Numbered from the stretch's first letter, positions 37,710 to 48,520 are shown. The stretch is DNA of 64,000 nucleotides from an uncultured Verrucomicrobiae bacterium (GCA_963719495.1 CAVRCI010000002.1:448001-512000); one strand, 5' to 3'. The notes: a model not told the origin generated them from the letters alone. Numbers and translations are program-made.

Positions 37710-38707
37710 GGGCGGCGGTATGGCTGCTGGCGGTCGTTGGGCTCTGGTCGGCTCACGCGGCGGAGGAGCGCATCGTTCTCGAGAACGGGGGGAGTCGGCT
37801 CGAAATCGTCCCCGACGCGGGGGGACGGGTGGTGAGTTTTCGTCACGACGATTCGCCGAATTTCATCGAGGCGAACGAGGCGGTGCTGGCGGGTGACGAG
37901 CCGCTGCCGGAGGCGGAGTTCGATGCGAAATACGTCCCGCTGGACGGGCACATCGTGTGGATCGCACCGCAGTCGGCATGGTGGCAGCGGAATCGCGACA
38001 AGCCCTACCGGGTGGATTGGCCGCCGGATCCGTGGTGGGAATACGGGCGATTCAAGGTGGTTGAGCGGACGGCGAGTGCGGTGACGCTGGACGGGCCGTT
38101 CAGTCCGCTGGCGTCGCTGCGGATGCGGAAGTCCTTCGCGGTCGCGGCGGACGGGAGCGTGACGATGGATTACACGATCACGAATCCGACCGACGCGGAG
38201 GTGGCGGGGGCGATCTGGAGTAACACGCGGGTGGTGCCAGAGGCGGCGGTGATTGTGGATTTTCGCGGGGAGGCGGACGCGGAGGTCGTGTTCCAACCGG
38301 GGCGGAAGGGGCGGACGCCGGTGCCGTTGGAATACGAGGTGATTAGGAACTACGTCGTGCCGCGCCACCTGGCGATGCGGGCGGCGGGAAAAGAGTTCAA
38401 CGGGAAGCTCGCGGTGACGGCGGAGGGACGGCGGATCGCGGCTTTTCTGGACGGTTGGGTGTTTGTGAAAGAAGCGGATCGGGTGACTCCGGCGGGGGAG
38501 ACGGCACCGGGTCAGCGGTTCATCGAGGTTTTCGCGAATGGGCGACCGGGGGAAGCGGGTTACCTCGAGTTGGAGTTCCAAGGGCCGTATGGCGTGATCG
38601 CGCCGGGGGAGGCGCGGCATTTTCGCGAGCGGTGGCGGTTGGTGCCGGATGGGGGCGCGGCGGGTGATGGGGAGCGGGGGGAGTGGTTGGATAGTTTGCG
38701 GGAGTGA
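37706..38707 (+). CDS. Secreted aldose-epimerase-fold protein (DUF4380-like)
   Basis: Signal peptide; PDAGGRVVSF, GHIVWIAPQ, WPPDP, YLELEFQGP. Confidence 0.65.
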   Translation: MRAAVWLLAVVGLWSAHAAEERIVLENGGSRLEIVPDAGGRVVSFRHDDSPNFIEANEAVLAGDEPLPEAEFDAKYVPLDGHIVWIAPQSAWWQRNRDKPYRVDWPPDPWWEYGRFKVVERTASAVTLDGPFSPLASLRMRKSFAVAADGSVTMDYTITNPTDAEVAGAIWSNTRVVPEAAVIVDFRGEADAEVVFQPGRKGRTPVPLEYEVIRNYVVPRHLAMRAAGKEFNGKLAVTAEGRRIAAFLDGWVFVKEADRVTPAGETAPGQRFIEVFANGRPGEAGYLELEFQGPYGVIAPGEARHFRERWRLVPDGGAAGDGERGEWLDSLRE

Positions 38708-38786
38708 GTGATTCTCGCGCGAGAGCGCGAAGGGAATCCGGGATACGGGTCTCGCGCAGAGACGCGGGGGCGCAGAGGGGTGAAGG

Positions 38787-40469
38787 TTACGATTTGGGTG
38801 GGGTGAAGGTCACGATGGTGACGGACTTGGCGGGGAGGTTGATCTGGTAGGTGTTGGGTTCGGTGGGGTGGAAGGTTGTTTCTTGGGTTTGGGTGAGGGG
38901 GGTGCCGGATTTGCGGGCAGCTCGTTCGTCGTCGACGCCGGTGAGGGTGGTTTGGGTGGTGCTTGAGAAGGGTGCGAAGGCGTTGAGGTCGAGGGGGACG
39001 GTGAGGGTCTCGTCGTAGCTGCGGTTGATGAAGTGGGCGTGGATGGTGCCGTTGGTTTGGCGGGTGAAGAGGCAGTCGAGGAGGGCGACTTTTGCGGAGG
39101 GTTCGAGCTGGCCGAGGGTGATGGGTTGGGGGGTGGTCGGCAGCGGGGTGGCGGGGGTCCAGGCGAGTTGGTCGATGCCGTGGGATTTGCGGTAGAGCGC
39201 GAGGATGGCTCCGGTGGGGAAAATGGTGGCGTGGCCGTCGCGGGCATCGATGGCGCGGAGTTCCCACTGGCTGCCGACGAGGAGGGATTGGGTGGCGAGG
39301 GCGATGGTGCCGGGATTGCGGAGGATGCCGTGGAGGAGGCTGGCGCTGGCGACGCCTTTGGCCCAGAGGGGTTCGTGGAAGGGTGGCTTGGCGTCGTCGG
39401 GGAGCTGCCACCAGGAATTCCAATTCCATTCGGTGAGGGCGACCGGGTATCCGGCGGCGTTGGTCTTCGCGACGAGCGGTTCGTCCCAGAGGGCGAGACC
39501 GCGTTCGTCGGTGCCGGGGGCGCTGACGGCGGCGTTCCAATAGTCTTCTTCGGTGAAGGTGGCGGGGTCGATGGGTTCGCCGTGGCGGAGGAGACGGTCG
39601 ATGCCCCACGCGTAGTATTGGTGGGTCGAGAGGTAGTCGATCCGGTCGCCGAGGCGCTCGCGGAGGCGGTCGGTGACGGGGAGGCCGATCTTGGCGATTT
39701 CGGGGTAGTTTTCGACGAGGATGGCGGCGTCGGGGTCGAGGGACTCGATCATCGTGAGCGTGCGCTCGACGGCGTCGACGTAGGTGGTGGCGATCCGATC
39801 GTCCGACCAGCCCTTTTTGCGGAGATTCGGGACGGCGACCCAGGCGAACTCGTTGCCGATCTGCCAGTAAGGTATCGACCACGGCTCGCTGCGGCCATTG
39901 GCGATCCGGAGCGCGACCCATGGCCGGAGGTCGGCGGGGAGGGCCGGATCGTCGATCCGACCGGTGACGTAGGCGGCCATCGAGCGGGCGGCGGCGAAGA
40001 TATCGTCGGGCGGGATCAGCGCGCGCACCTGATCGGCGAGCGGGAGGACGAGAAGGGGGGCGATGGATTCGGCTTCGCAGAAGTCGAGGAATTCGTTGAG
40101 GCCGAATTTGAATCGCCGCTCGTCCTTGGCGGCGCCGTCCGCGGGACCGTCGATGAGCTGCGTCCAGCGGAACCCGGGACTCTCGACGAGACCGCCGCCG
40201 GGGTAGCGGAGCAGGGGGGGGGCGATCTCGAGGATGGCGGCGACGACGTTTGCGCGGAGGGTGCCGGTGGCGGGATCGATGGCGGCCTCGGGGCCGGGCT
40301 CGTCCTGCGTGGTCAGTTCGACCAGACTGCCAAACATCCGGTCGTCGACGTGGCCGACGACTTCGTCGTGAACGGTGATCGTTGGGATGGCTAGCGGGCT
40401 TTTGTCGGCGTCTTCTGCCCAAGCGGCGCTGGCGATGAGGAGGATTGCGAAGAGGGAGCGGGAGGTCAT
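38787..40469 (-). CDS. GH51-like glycoside hydrolase (arabinofuranosidase-like)
   Basis: Signal peptide; LRYPGG, FGLNEFLDFC, YWQIGNE, ALTEWN, C-terminal LPAKSVT sandwich. Confidence 0.8.
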   Translation of the reverse strand: MTSRSLFAILLIASAAWAEDADKSPLAIPTITVHDEVVGHVDDRMFGSLVELTTQDEPGPEAAIDPATGTLRANVVAAILEIAPPLLRYPGGGLVESPGFRWTQLIDGPADGAAKDERRFKFGLNEFLDFCEAESIAPLLVLPLADQVRALIPPDDIFAAARSMAAYVTGRIDDPALPADLRPWVALRIANGRSEPWSIPYWQIGNEFAWVAVPNLRKKGWSDDRIATTYVDAVERTLTMIESLDPDAAILVENYPEIAKIGLPVTDRLRERLGDRIDYLSTHQYYAWGIDRLLRHGEPIDPATFTEEDYWNAAVSAPGTDERGLALWDEPLVAKTNAAGYPVALTEWNWNSWWQLPDDAKPPFHEPLWAKGVASASLLHGILRNPGTIALATQSLLVGSQWELRAIDARDGHATIFPTGAILALYRKSHGIDQLAWTPATPLPTTPQPITLGQLEPSAKVALLDCLFTRQTNGTIHAHFINRSYDETLTVPLDLNAFAPFSSTTQTTLTGVDDERAARKSGTPLTQTQETTFHPTEPNTYQINLPAKSVTIVTFTPPKS

Positions 40470-40523
40470 GAGGGGAGTGTAGGCGTTAGCGAGCATCAGG
40501 ACGCAAGGATTGCCGCGAAATAA

Positions 40524-40538
40524 TAACGGGATAGCATT
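40524..40538. promoter_or_regulatory. Variant motif TAACGGGATAGCATT between the GH51 gene and the pseudopilin cassette
   Basis: One mismatch to TAACGGCATAGCATT found upstream of both PEP-CTERM genes. Confidence 0.55.
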
Positions 40539-40694
40539 CCGCTCCCTTTTGCGGGAGTCGACCGTGCATAGGTTGCATTCGAGCGACAGTTCGCTGAATG
40601 GTCCCCATCGTTCTCCCTGTATTTCGGGGTGGGTGTTAAACAGTTAAGCTGACGCCGATTTCATCCCCGAACTTCCCAATTTTTCCCCGCACCC

Positions 40695-41492
40695 GTGAGA
40701 CATTCCTCCGCGTCCTCCCGCTCCCGCTCTGAGCGCTCGCTGGCGTTCAGCCTCACGGAGTTGCTTGTGGTGATGGCGGTGATTGCGGTGATGGTGGGCC
40801 TGGCGGTGCCGGCGATGAATGCGTTGCGTGGGGCGGGTGACATCACGCGGTCGGCTTACGAGATGGTGGCGACGCTGGAACAGGCGCGGGCTTACGCAAT
40901 GGCGAACAATACTTACGTGTTCGTTGGATTTTTCGAAGAGGACGGGGCGCTTTCGGGTTCGGCTGGGACGGCGGGAACGGGGCGGGTGGTGGTCGCGGCG
41001 GCGGCTTCGACGGACGGGACGCGGGTCTATCCGGCGAGTGGAACGTTGAGCCGACTGGACGCGACGGCGGACACGTTGCGGCCGATCATGAAGCCGATCA
41101 AAATGAACAACCTCGATCTGGCTGAGCTGGCGGCGACCGACCCGGAGCGTCCGGGCTCGGTGCCGAACGAGTATCAGGTGGCGGCGGCGGATTTTGCCAA
41201 GACGCCGAGTTCGGCGAGCGGTGGATCGTTGACTCCGAACAGCGCGACATTTTCGTATCCGCTGGGCGCGTCGAGCGGCTCGGCCCAATACACGTTTCAA
41301 AAGATCATCCAGTTCGATCCGAGGGGCGACGCGAGCAAGATCCGGGACACGCCGCCACGGCTGATGGAGATCGGCTTGCGGGTGGCGCGGGGCAATCAGG
41401 CTGACACGAATTCCGCGAATCTCGTCGCGATCCAGCTTACGGGCATTGCTGGCGACGTGGACCTTTACCGCCCGAACCAACGAATCCCATGA
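40695..41492 (+). CDS. Pseudopilin, Verru_Chthon cassette protein D-like
   Basis: Prepilin motif AFSLTELLVVMAVIAVMVGLAVPA; EQARAYAMANNTYV; IQFDPRG. Confidence 0.8.
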   Translation: MRHSSASSRSRSERSLAFSLTELLVVMAVIAVMVGLAVPAMNALRGAGDITRSAYEMVATLEQARAYAMANNTYVFVGFFEEDGALSGSAGTAGTGRVVVAAAASTDGTRVYPASGTLSRLDATADTLRPIMKPIKMNNLDLAELAATDPERPGSVPNEYQVAAADFAKTPSSASGGSLTPNSATFSYPLGASSGSAQYTFQKIIQFDPRGDASKIRDTPPRLMEIGLRVARGNQADTNSANLVAIQLTGIAGDVDLYRPNQRIP

Positions 41493-41935
41493 AGACCCCC
41501 AAACTCCCCAGCACCCGCGGCTTTTCCCTCGTGGAAGTCACTCTGGCCCTCGGCCTGATGGCCTTCTGCATGACGGCAATCTTCGGATTGCTGCCGGTGG
41601 GGATGAACTCGAATCGAGCCGCTATCGCGCAAACGGAAGCGGTCAATTTGATCAGCACGATTCACTCCGATCTCAAGTCGACACCACGGGACGCGACGGC
41701 TTCGTCGACGTTCAATCTGCCGATGACCGGGCAAAGCGCGGTGATGTATTTCAACGAGGATGGCGGGGAGGAATCAGTGGGTGACGCGAACTTCCGGGCA
41801 CAGGTGTTTTTGAGTTCCGTGTCGGGTCAGGCCGCGACGACAGGGCGGATCGTGGTGAGCTGGCCGGCGCAGCAGGACGATGTGGCGCAAGCGTTTGGGC
41901 GGGTGGAATCGTTCGTCGCACTGGACCGGAATTGA
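41489..41935 (+). CDS. Pseudopilin, Verru_Chthon cassette protein B-like
   Basis: RGFSLVEVTLALGLMAFCMTAIFGLLPVG; YFNEDG; VSWPA. Confidence 0.82.
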   Translation: MKTPKLPSTRGFSLVEVTLALGLMAFCMTAIFGLLPVGMNSNRAAIAQTEAVNLISTIHSDLKSTPRDATASSTFNLPMTGQSAVMYFNEDGGEESVGDANFRAQVFLSSVSGQAATTGRIVVSWPAQQDDVAQAFGRVESFVALDRN

Positions 41936-41936
41936 G

Positions 41937-42803
41937 ATGAAGTGGATTGAGCGCAGTCGGGCATTCGCGCCGCGCGATGGCGGGTTCACCATCATCGAGT
42001 TGCTGGTGAGCATTGCGGTGCTGACGTTGCTGGTGCTCGTGACGGCGCAGATCGTGTCGAGCGCGGCTTCAGTGACCGGGGACAGCCGCAAACACATGGA
42101 CGCGGACTCGCAGGCGCGGTTCGTCTTCGACCGGATGGCGCTGGATTTCGCCGGGTTGGTGCGGCGGCCCGACGTGGATTATCTTTTCGAGAAGAAGAGC
42201 GGAGACGACGCGATGGCGTTCTACAGCGAGACGACGGGGTATTTTCCGGTTGGCGTGTCGGGGCCGGCGTTGAAGAGTCCGGTGGCTTTGGCGGGATACC
42301 GGATGGGGGCCGATGGGCTGGAGCGCCTGGGTAAGGGGTTGGTTTGGAATGGCGCGAGCGTGGGCGGCGGGGGATCGCCGATGGTGTATCTGCCGGAGAC
42401 CGTGGGCGGGACCTGGCCGGCGGTGGCGAGCGGGACCGATCCGGATTATCAGGTGATCGGGGATCAGGTGTTTCGGTTCGAGTATTGCTTCCTGCTGCGG
42501 AACGAGACGGGGACGGTGCTGTCGGACCAGCCGTGGCTGCCGACGGACTCGGGGCCGAATGGGATGAAGGACGTCGCGGCCATCGTGGTGACCATCGCGG
42601 TGCTGGACGACACGAGCCGGGCGATTCTGGGGACCGGGGATCTGTCGTCGGCGGCGGGGAATTTTTCGGACGTCACCGGCTCGGCCATCACCGAGGGGCC
42701 GGCGGGAGGTTGGGAGGAAAAGGTGAACGCCGGTGGCCTGGGCCTGCCGAATCTCGCGGCGTCGCAGGTGCGCATCTACCAACGGTTTTTTCCAATCAAC
42801 TAA
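41937..42803 (+). CDS. Pseudopilin, Verru_Chthon cassette protein C-like
   Basis: GGFTIIELLVSIAVLTLLV; ARFVFDRMALD. Confidence 0.8.
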   Translation: MKWIERSRAFAPRDGGFTIIELLVSIAVLTLLVLVTAQIVSSAASVTGDSRKHMDADSQARFVFDRMALDFAGLVRRPDVDYLFEKKSGDDAMAFYSETTGYFPVGVSGPALKSPVALAGYRMGADGLERLGKGLVWNGASVGGGGSPMVYLPETVGGTWPAVASGTDPDYQVIGDQVFRFEYCFLLRNETGTVLSDQPWLPTDSGPNGMKDVAAIVVTIAVLDDTSRAILGTGDLSSAAGNFSDVTGSAITEGPAGGWEEKVNAGGLGLPNLAASQVRIYQRFFPIN

Positions 42804-42818
42804 ATTTTGTCGCGATCC

Positions 42819-45800
42819 ATGCCGCCACCTCAAATCAGTCGAAACCCCGAGCGCCGCGCCGAGTCCGGCGTTGCGCTGGTGATCGTCCTTGCCTTCGTCG
42901 TTCTACTGACCGGGCTGGTCATCGCGTTCTTCTCGGCGACGCTGAGTGAGCGGCAGAGTTCGGACGCGAGCGCGAACCAGACGCGGGCAAACTTGCTGGC
43001 GCGGGACGCGTTGGATCTGGTGCTGACCGATCTGAAGGACGAGATCGTGGCGGGGTCGGAGACTCCGGCGACGAGCTACGGCGACACGAAAGTCTACGTG
43101 CCCAGCGATCCGGCGACGCGGGTGCCCGCGCGGATCGGCGTGGCCACGCCCGGGAGTAATCCGCCGCTGGCGAATCTGGTGCGGCGCAGCGCGCGCTCCG
43201 GGGCGGCTCCGCAGTTTGTCGCGCCGACGACCGGGTATTCGGGGTTTCCGGCGAACCGGGCGTCGGCGGTGTCCACGGGTGACAAGTCGCGGAATGGTCG
43301 GCGGATGACGGCGGCGCGTTGGAACGCGCCGTATCTGCTGCCGCTCACGCCCGCCGCCGCTACCAGCGGGACGACCGAGCCGATCGCCGACTTCGCAGAC
43401 AACCTGCCAGATTGGATGATCGTCACTCGATCGGGGGTGGCGCCCCGGACGAACGGCGACGTCTCGGCGATGCGCGATTCGGATAACGCGAACTACGCAC
43501 TCGGCCGCTTTGCCTACACGATTTACGACGAAGGTGGTCTGCTCGATGTGAACGCGGCGGGTTTTCCGACCGGGCTGACCGACGAGCAGATCGGGCGGAA
43601 AGGCTCAATGGCGTTGGCCGACCTCGTGCGGGTACCGACGGGCGCGGGCGATCCGCTGGTGCAGGCGGACGTCGATAGTCTCGTGGGGTGGCGAAATTAC
43701 GCCACCGGTCAGCCGGGCGGGTCGTTCCCAGCGTTTTCGTTCAACGTGACCTCGGCCGGTCGTTGGTTGGAGAATTTCGTCGAGGACAACGAGACGAGTT
43801 ACCTGCGGACGGCGGACTCGGTGTTCAACGGTCGCACGGATCAGGCCGTGCTCTCGCGGCAGCAGCTTCTCGCGCTCTGGCGGTCACTCGATCTCGCCCC
43901 CGAGGCATTGCAGTCGCTCGGGACGTTCAGCCGCGATCTGGCTGGGCCGTCGTTCCGGCCCGACCCGAATCGACCGCGGATCGTCGGTTCGACGGACGGT
44001 GAAAAATCGACGCTGAACGGCGGCAACTTCGCTTGGGGTTCTGACGACAAGTTCAATCCCAGCTTTCTCTCGGTGCGGGTGAAGGCCGGAAAGACCTTCA
44101 CCCGGGCCAGCGACGGGACGCTGGCGAAGGAGAACGAGCCACTGGTCAAATACCGCTTCCCGCTCGATCGGCTGGGGTGGATCACGGCGGACGGTCCGGC
44201 GGCGACGATTTCGAACGGCGATCCGCGCTACGACGAGGACGGGACGGTGGAGAATGTGCTCGAGTCGTTCGGCCTGACGTGGAATTCGGCGGATCGGGTG
44301 TGGGTTTACGACCACGGGGATCCGACGCGCATTCTTCGGTTGGGCGAGCTGGCTGACGGCAGCGTGGTGTCGGCGCGCGAGCCGGATTTCTTCGAGTTGC
44401 TGCAGGCGGCTATCAACGTGGGCTCGTTGGGGCGGAGTTTTACGAAGGCGGAATACAGCCCTTCCGACGGGCCGTCCCGCTACGACGAACGCAACTGGCA
44501 TCGGCAGAACCCCAAGGGCGATCTCATCGCCTCGCAGCCGAAATACCAAATCTGCCGGATCGCCGCGGCCATCATCGATCAAGCTGATCCGGACAATTAT
44601 CCGACCATCGTTCGGATAAACGCCTTCGATTTTGCGGGGACGGAGCGGCTGCCGATGTTGACCAGGGCGACCTTCTTCGGCACGCGGCGGCCCGCGGCGG
44701 GCGGCGACACCGGTGGCCTGGGCATCTTCATCGTCCCCGAGGTCTGGGATCCGCACGATTCGTCGAGTGGCCCGCGCCCGTCGACGGTGACTGTTCGGTG
44801 TTCGCTCTCGCCGGTGTCAGTGTCCCAGGGTTGGAAACACAACGTGAAAATCAGCGGTGACTCGAGCAAGCAATACCTCACTCCCGGCCCGCCCGCGCTG
44901 ATGAGTAAAACGAGCGAGTTTCCGGTGGCGATTGTGGGGGACAGCTACACGCGGGTGATTGCCGCCGGCGACAACCAGTTCGCGGAGCCAGCGGTTCTGT
45001 GGCGCGACGGGACGCCTAATTTGATCTCGCCGACGTCCAAAGGACTCCCGCAGGTGGCGGGACTCGTTTTCCAGCTCTACGACCCGCTACCGAGTTACAC
45101 CGACGGGTTTCCGGTAGGGAAGACGAGCGAAGACATCGGTGAGTTTTTGCCGGACTCCAGCGACGTGACCGGTTTCAGCGTGATCCTCGAGTATCAGGAT
45201 GCGGCGGGGACTTGGCACGTTTACAACGAGATGAAGGACACGCTTCCCGTGCGCGAGCAGCTTTATAAAAACGAGTTTCTCAAGCCGTCCGACACCTCGA
45301 TCTCGGATAACTTGAGTCAGCAGTCGTATTTCGCGATCCGGCCCGATCCACGCACCAGCCGATTCCCGTTGAGCCGGTCGAACGCGTCCTCTTCAATCAG
45401 CCCATTCCCGTGGAAGCGCACCTTCCGGAACGCGACCTCCACCGCAGGAAATTTCATGCAGCGCTATTCGCACAGCAATAGCAAAAAAGACGCGTCCAAG
45501 CCGAATCGCGATCCGGCGATCGGTTGGAATCCGAGTCTCTCCGCCAGTGGTGACTACGAATACTACCTTGGTCTGCTGTCAGTGAATCAGGACAAGGAGA
45601 TCGGCGGAAAGAAGACCTTCTACGCCGACCCCGACGGGGTGGTGCGCGGGGCCGACGCGATGTATTACGACGTGCCGTCCAGCAAGACGGATGGCGACCC
45701 CATCACGACCGCGACGGCGTCGACGCCGAACGCCGCGCGCCCGGTGATCCTCAATCGGCCATTCCGCAACGTCGGGGAGCTGGGCTACGTCTTCCGCGAC

Positions 45801-46403
45801 GAGCCGTTCAAGACCCTGAATTTCTTCTCGAAGAACAGCGGGGACGCCGCGTTGCTCGATGTCTTCACGATCAACGAACCCGCGACGGACGCTGGTGACC
45901 TCGTGGGTGGAGTGGTGAATCTCAATACCCGCAACGCCGCGGTGCTCGAAGCGCTCATCAGCCGGTCGGTGAAGGACGAATCCCCGGCTGGTCCGGCGAC
46001 ATTCGTGAGCGACGCGGAGATCGCCGACATGGCCGCGAAAATCGTCACCGCAACCGAGGCCGTGCCCGCGATCAATCCCGCGGACCTGGTGGCGCGCATC
46101 GCGGGTGATCTCACGCCAGCTCCCGGCGATCCCGTGCTCCCAGCGGCAGTGCCCGGCACCGGCACGGACGCGGCTTTCAAGCGACGCCGCGAGACGGCGG
46201 TGCGCGCGCTTTCGGGCGTGACCAACGGGCGCGTGTGGAATCTCCTCATCGACCTCGTTGCCCAGACCGGCCGCTACCCGGCGGGCGCGACGACTTTGCA
46301 GGACTTCAACGTCGAGGGCGAAAAGCGCTACTGGATGCACGTCGCCATCGACCGTCTCACCGGCGAGGTGATCGACCGTCAACTCGAACCAGTTTTTGAG
46401 TAA
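42819..46403 (+). CDS. Large PilX/GspK-like protein, Verru_Chthon cassette protein A-like
   Basis: SGVALVIVLAFVVLL (no Glu at +5); GRFAYTIYDEGGLLDVN; PFRNVGELG; GVVNLNT; VEGEKR. Confidence 0.8.
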   Translation: MPPPQISRNPERRAESGVALVIVLAFVVLLTGLVIAFFSATLSERQSSDASANQTRANLLARDALDLVLTDLKDEIVAGSETPATSYGDTKVYVPSDPATRVPARIGVATPGSNPPLANLVRRSARSGAAPQFVAPTTGYSGFPANRASAVSTGDKSRNGRRMTAARWNAPYLLPLTPAAATSGTTEPIADFADNLPDWMIVTRSGVAPRTNGDVSAMRDSDNANYALGRFAYTIYDEGGLLDVNAAGFPTGLTDEQIGRKGSMALADLVRVPTGAGDPLVQADVDSLVGWRNYATGQPGGSFPAFSFNVTSAGRWLENFVEDNETSYLRTADSVFNGRTDQAVLSRQQLLALWRSLDLAPEALQSLGTFSRDLAGPSFRPDPNRPRIVGSTDGEKSTLNGGNFAWGSDDKFNPSFLSVRVKAGKTFTRASDGTLAKENEPLVKYRFPLDRLGWITADGPAATISNGDPRYDEDGTVENVLESFGLTWNSADRVWVYDHGDPTRILRLGELADGSVVSAREPDFFELLQAAINVGSLGRSFTKAEYSPSDGPSRYDERNWHRQNPKGDLIASQPKYQICRIAAAIIDQADPDNYPTIVRINAFDFAGTERLPMLTRATFFGTRRPAAGGDTGGLGIFIVPEVWDPHDSSSGPRPSTVTVRCSLSPVSVSQGWKHNVKISGDSSKQYLTPGPPALMSKTSEFPVAIVGDSYTRVIAAGDNQFAEPAVLWRDGTPNLISPTSKGLPQVAGLVFQLYDPLPSYTDGFPVGKTSEDIGEFLPDSSDVTGFSVILEYQDAAGTWHVYNEMKDTLPVREQLYKNEFLKPSDTSISDNLSQQSYFAIRPDPRTSRFPLSRSNASSSISPFPWKRTFRNATSTAGNFMQRYSHSNSKKDASKPNRDPAIGWNPSLSASGDYEYYLGLLSVNQDKEIGGKKTFYADPDGVVRGADAMYYDVPSSKTDGDPITTATASTPNAARPVILNRPFRNVGELGYVFRDEPFKTLNFFSKNSGDAALLDVFTINEPATDAGDLVGGVVNLNTRNAAVLEALISRSVKDESPAGPATFVSDAEIADMAAKIVTATEAVPAINPADLVARIAGDLTPAPGDPVLPAAVPGTGTDAAFKRRRETAVRALSGVTNGRVWNLLIDLVAQTGRYPAGATTLQDFNVEGEKRYWMHVAIDRLTGEVIDRQLEPVFE

Positions 46404-46595
46404 TGCCCCTGAACCCGAGTTGTTGGTTGTTGGTTGATGGTTGGTGGACTGAAAATGGCGACTTGCGTCGCTTACTGCCCTCACCCAACCGGCAAGCGGC
46501 TGAAATGGCGTAAGCTGCTGAAATCCAATCCTGTCCATCCTGTTAATCCTGTCTATTTCAGTATTTTGAATCATTCACACCGCTGCTGACCGATC

Positions 46596-47390
46596 ATGTT
46601 CATGAACTCTCTCTTCTCCATTTTTCCTCTGGTGGCCATCGCGCTGGTGACCATCCTCCCGACGATGCCGTTGCGTTCGCAGGACGCGACGCCCGCCGAT
46701 CTCCCGATGGGTTCGGATGTGCTGAAAGAACGGATCGGGCCGACGGCGGCGTGGCAGATCGCATATCGGCCGTTGCGATCGGGCGGGAATCTGCCCGAGT
46801 CCGCGGTGGAAGGTGCGGGCACCGCGGGCGGATCGACCGACTCCGACGCGACCAAACTTCTCGAGATCGAGAGGGCGGGGAACGTGAATTACGTGCGGTT
46901 GACGCACGAAAACGGGGAGGTCGACGAATTCTGGACCGTCGAGGATCGCAAGATTGCCGACGTCGCGGCCTTTGGCGGCTTGATCTACGTGTCGCCAAAT
47001 TACGTGCCAACGCAAAACTTCCAGGAGACCGATTTCCCGGAGCTGGGTTGGGTCCGCACGACGCGGGCGTCGAGTTTGACCGATTACCAGGGGACGGCCT
47101 GCTACATTTTCGAGGCCGACGCCAAGACGGTGGAAGGGTATCTCCAGCAGATCGCCGCCGCGGACGGCGATCCGGAGGGAGCGGACAATGTCGGGCCAGC
47201 CGAGGCCAGTCGGGCCTTCATCAACGCCGAGACGGGGTTGCCGGTGGCGGCGGTGACTGGGCAACGGGCCGGTTTCTACACCTACAATGCTGCCCCCGAC
47301 AAGCTGGCGATCCCGGGGGATTTTCGGCAGGGCTTCAACGATTGGACGAAATTGATCGAAAGCAAGATGCCCGCGCGGTCGGAACCGTGA
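46596..47390 (+). CDS. Secreted hypothetical protein downstream of the cassette
   Basis: Signal-peptide-like N-terminus; a decayed paralog at 48613-48919 confirms the frame. Confidence 0.7.
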   Translation: MFMNSLFSIFPLVAIALVTILPTMPLRSQDATPADLPMGSDVLKERIGPTAAWQIAYRPLRSGGNLPESAVEGAGTAGGSTDSDATKLLEIERAGNVNYVRLTHENGEVDEFWTVEDRKIADVAAFGGLIYVSPNYVPTQNFQETDFPELGWVRTTRASSLTDYQGTACYIFEADAKTVEGYLQQIAAADGDPEGADNVGPAEASRAFINAETGLPVAAVTGQRAGFYTYNAAPDKLAIPGDFRQGFNDWTKLIESKMPARSEP

Positions 47391-47434
47391 AGCGTTCATT
47401 CAACCATCGTTCGGTTCGAAAATTCGCATCACAA

Positions 47435-47449
47435 TAACGGCATAGCATT
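47435..47449. promoter_or_regulatory. Motif TAACGGCATAGCATT upstream of PEP-CTERM gene 1
   Basis: Identical copy at 48926-48940. Confidence 0.55.
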
Positions 47450-47546
47450 GTGGTTTATTTACAAACTCCTGCATTACGCGAAGATCTGGCATCCACATCC
47501 AGTGCGGTCGTTTAACAAACTCCCAGCACTCCCACTAGAAAACGTC

Positions 47547-48464
47547 ATGAAAACCACCCACCGCTCCCTCCTCGCACTCGTTGGAATCGCAGCGTCGCTG
47601 CAGATCGCATCCGGCCAGACCCTCGTCAACGACACCACGTTCACTGCCAACAACTCGACCGCCGCCGGCGGATACATCTACGCGACCGCGCTCGGCAATC
47701 CGATTCTCACCGGTGGTTCCACCTTGGCGATGACCACCGATCCGGGAAATGGCAGTACGATCAACGGAGACTACAGCTTCATAAATCGTCGGTTTGCATC
47801 TCAGGCGATGGACGTCGGTGACAGACTCACCCTTTCGTTCACGGTTCTGAACATCAATACCGACTTCGACGACTTTCGGAGCTTTGCTTTTGCGTTTGTT
47901 GGCAGTTCCAGCCCCGACATGCCGACCACAAACACGAGCACGATCAGTTCTGCCGACGATACTTATTATTCACTTGGCGGTATCGCAACCCAGGGAAATA
48001 ACGGTCAGTCGGGCTACAATGGATTGAGGGCGAACTGGACGGGCGGTAATGGCCTCAACAATCCCCTGGCCTTTGGTGGAACCAACGGAGGCGGGAACTC
48101 TCCGAACGGCGCGAGTGGCATCAATAACGACGACGTGGTGCAGTTTAGCATCGAACGAATCAACAATAACGTCGACGGTTTCGCTCAATACACCGTCATG
48201 ACCATCGTCAATCCCAACGGTCTCACCCCCGACACGTCGCGGGGGTCCACCACCATCGGAGGGCGGAGCACAACCGAGTTCCTTTCCTGGGATGGTCTGG
48301 CGATCGGTGCAACCGGCTCAATGGCAAATGATGCCGCTTTCAACCTCACCCTCGACAACATAATCGTCCAATACACCGCCGTCCCCGAGCCTTCGTCGGT
48401 GTTGTTGATTCTCGGTGGCGTTGGTTTGCTCGTCGTCCGGGGTATCCGCCGCCGCCAAGCCTAG
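47547..48464 (+). CDS. PEP-CTERM surface protein 1
   Basis: Signal peptide; Asn/Thr/Gly-rich body; VPEPSS-TM helix-RRRQA terminus. Confidence 0.9.
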   Translation: MKTTHRSLLALVGIAASLQIASGQTLVNDTTFTANNSTAAGGYIYATALGNPILTGGSTLAMTTDPGNGSTINGDYSFINRRFASQAMDVGDRLTLSFTVLNINTDFDDFRSFAFAFVGSSSPDMPTTNTSTISSADDTYYSLGGIATQGNNGQSGYNGLRANWTGGNGLNNPLAFGGTNGGGNSPNGASGINNDDVVQFSIERINNNVDGFAQYTVMTIVNPNGLTPDTSRGSTTIGGRSTTEFLSWDGLAIGATGSMANDAAFNLTLDNIIVQYTAVPEPSSVLLILGGVGLLVVRGIRRRQA

Positions 48465-48481
48465 TTCTTGGCTACGATCTG

Positions 48482-48520
48482 AAAACCTCCCGTGGAGCTG
48501 ATCCGCGGGAGGTTTTTTGT
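48482..48520 (+). terminator. Intrinsic terminator
   Basis: AAAACCTCCCGTGGA-GCTGA-TCCGCGGGAGGTTTTTT. Confidence 0.88.
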
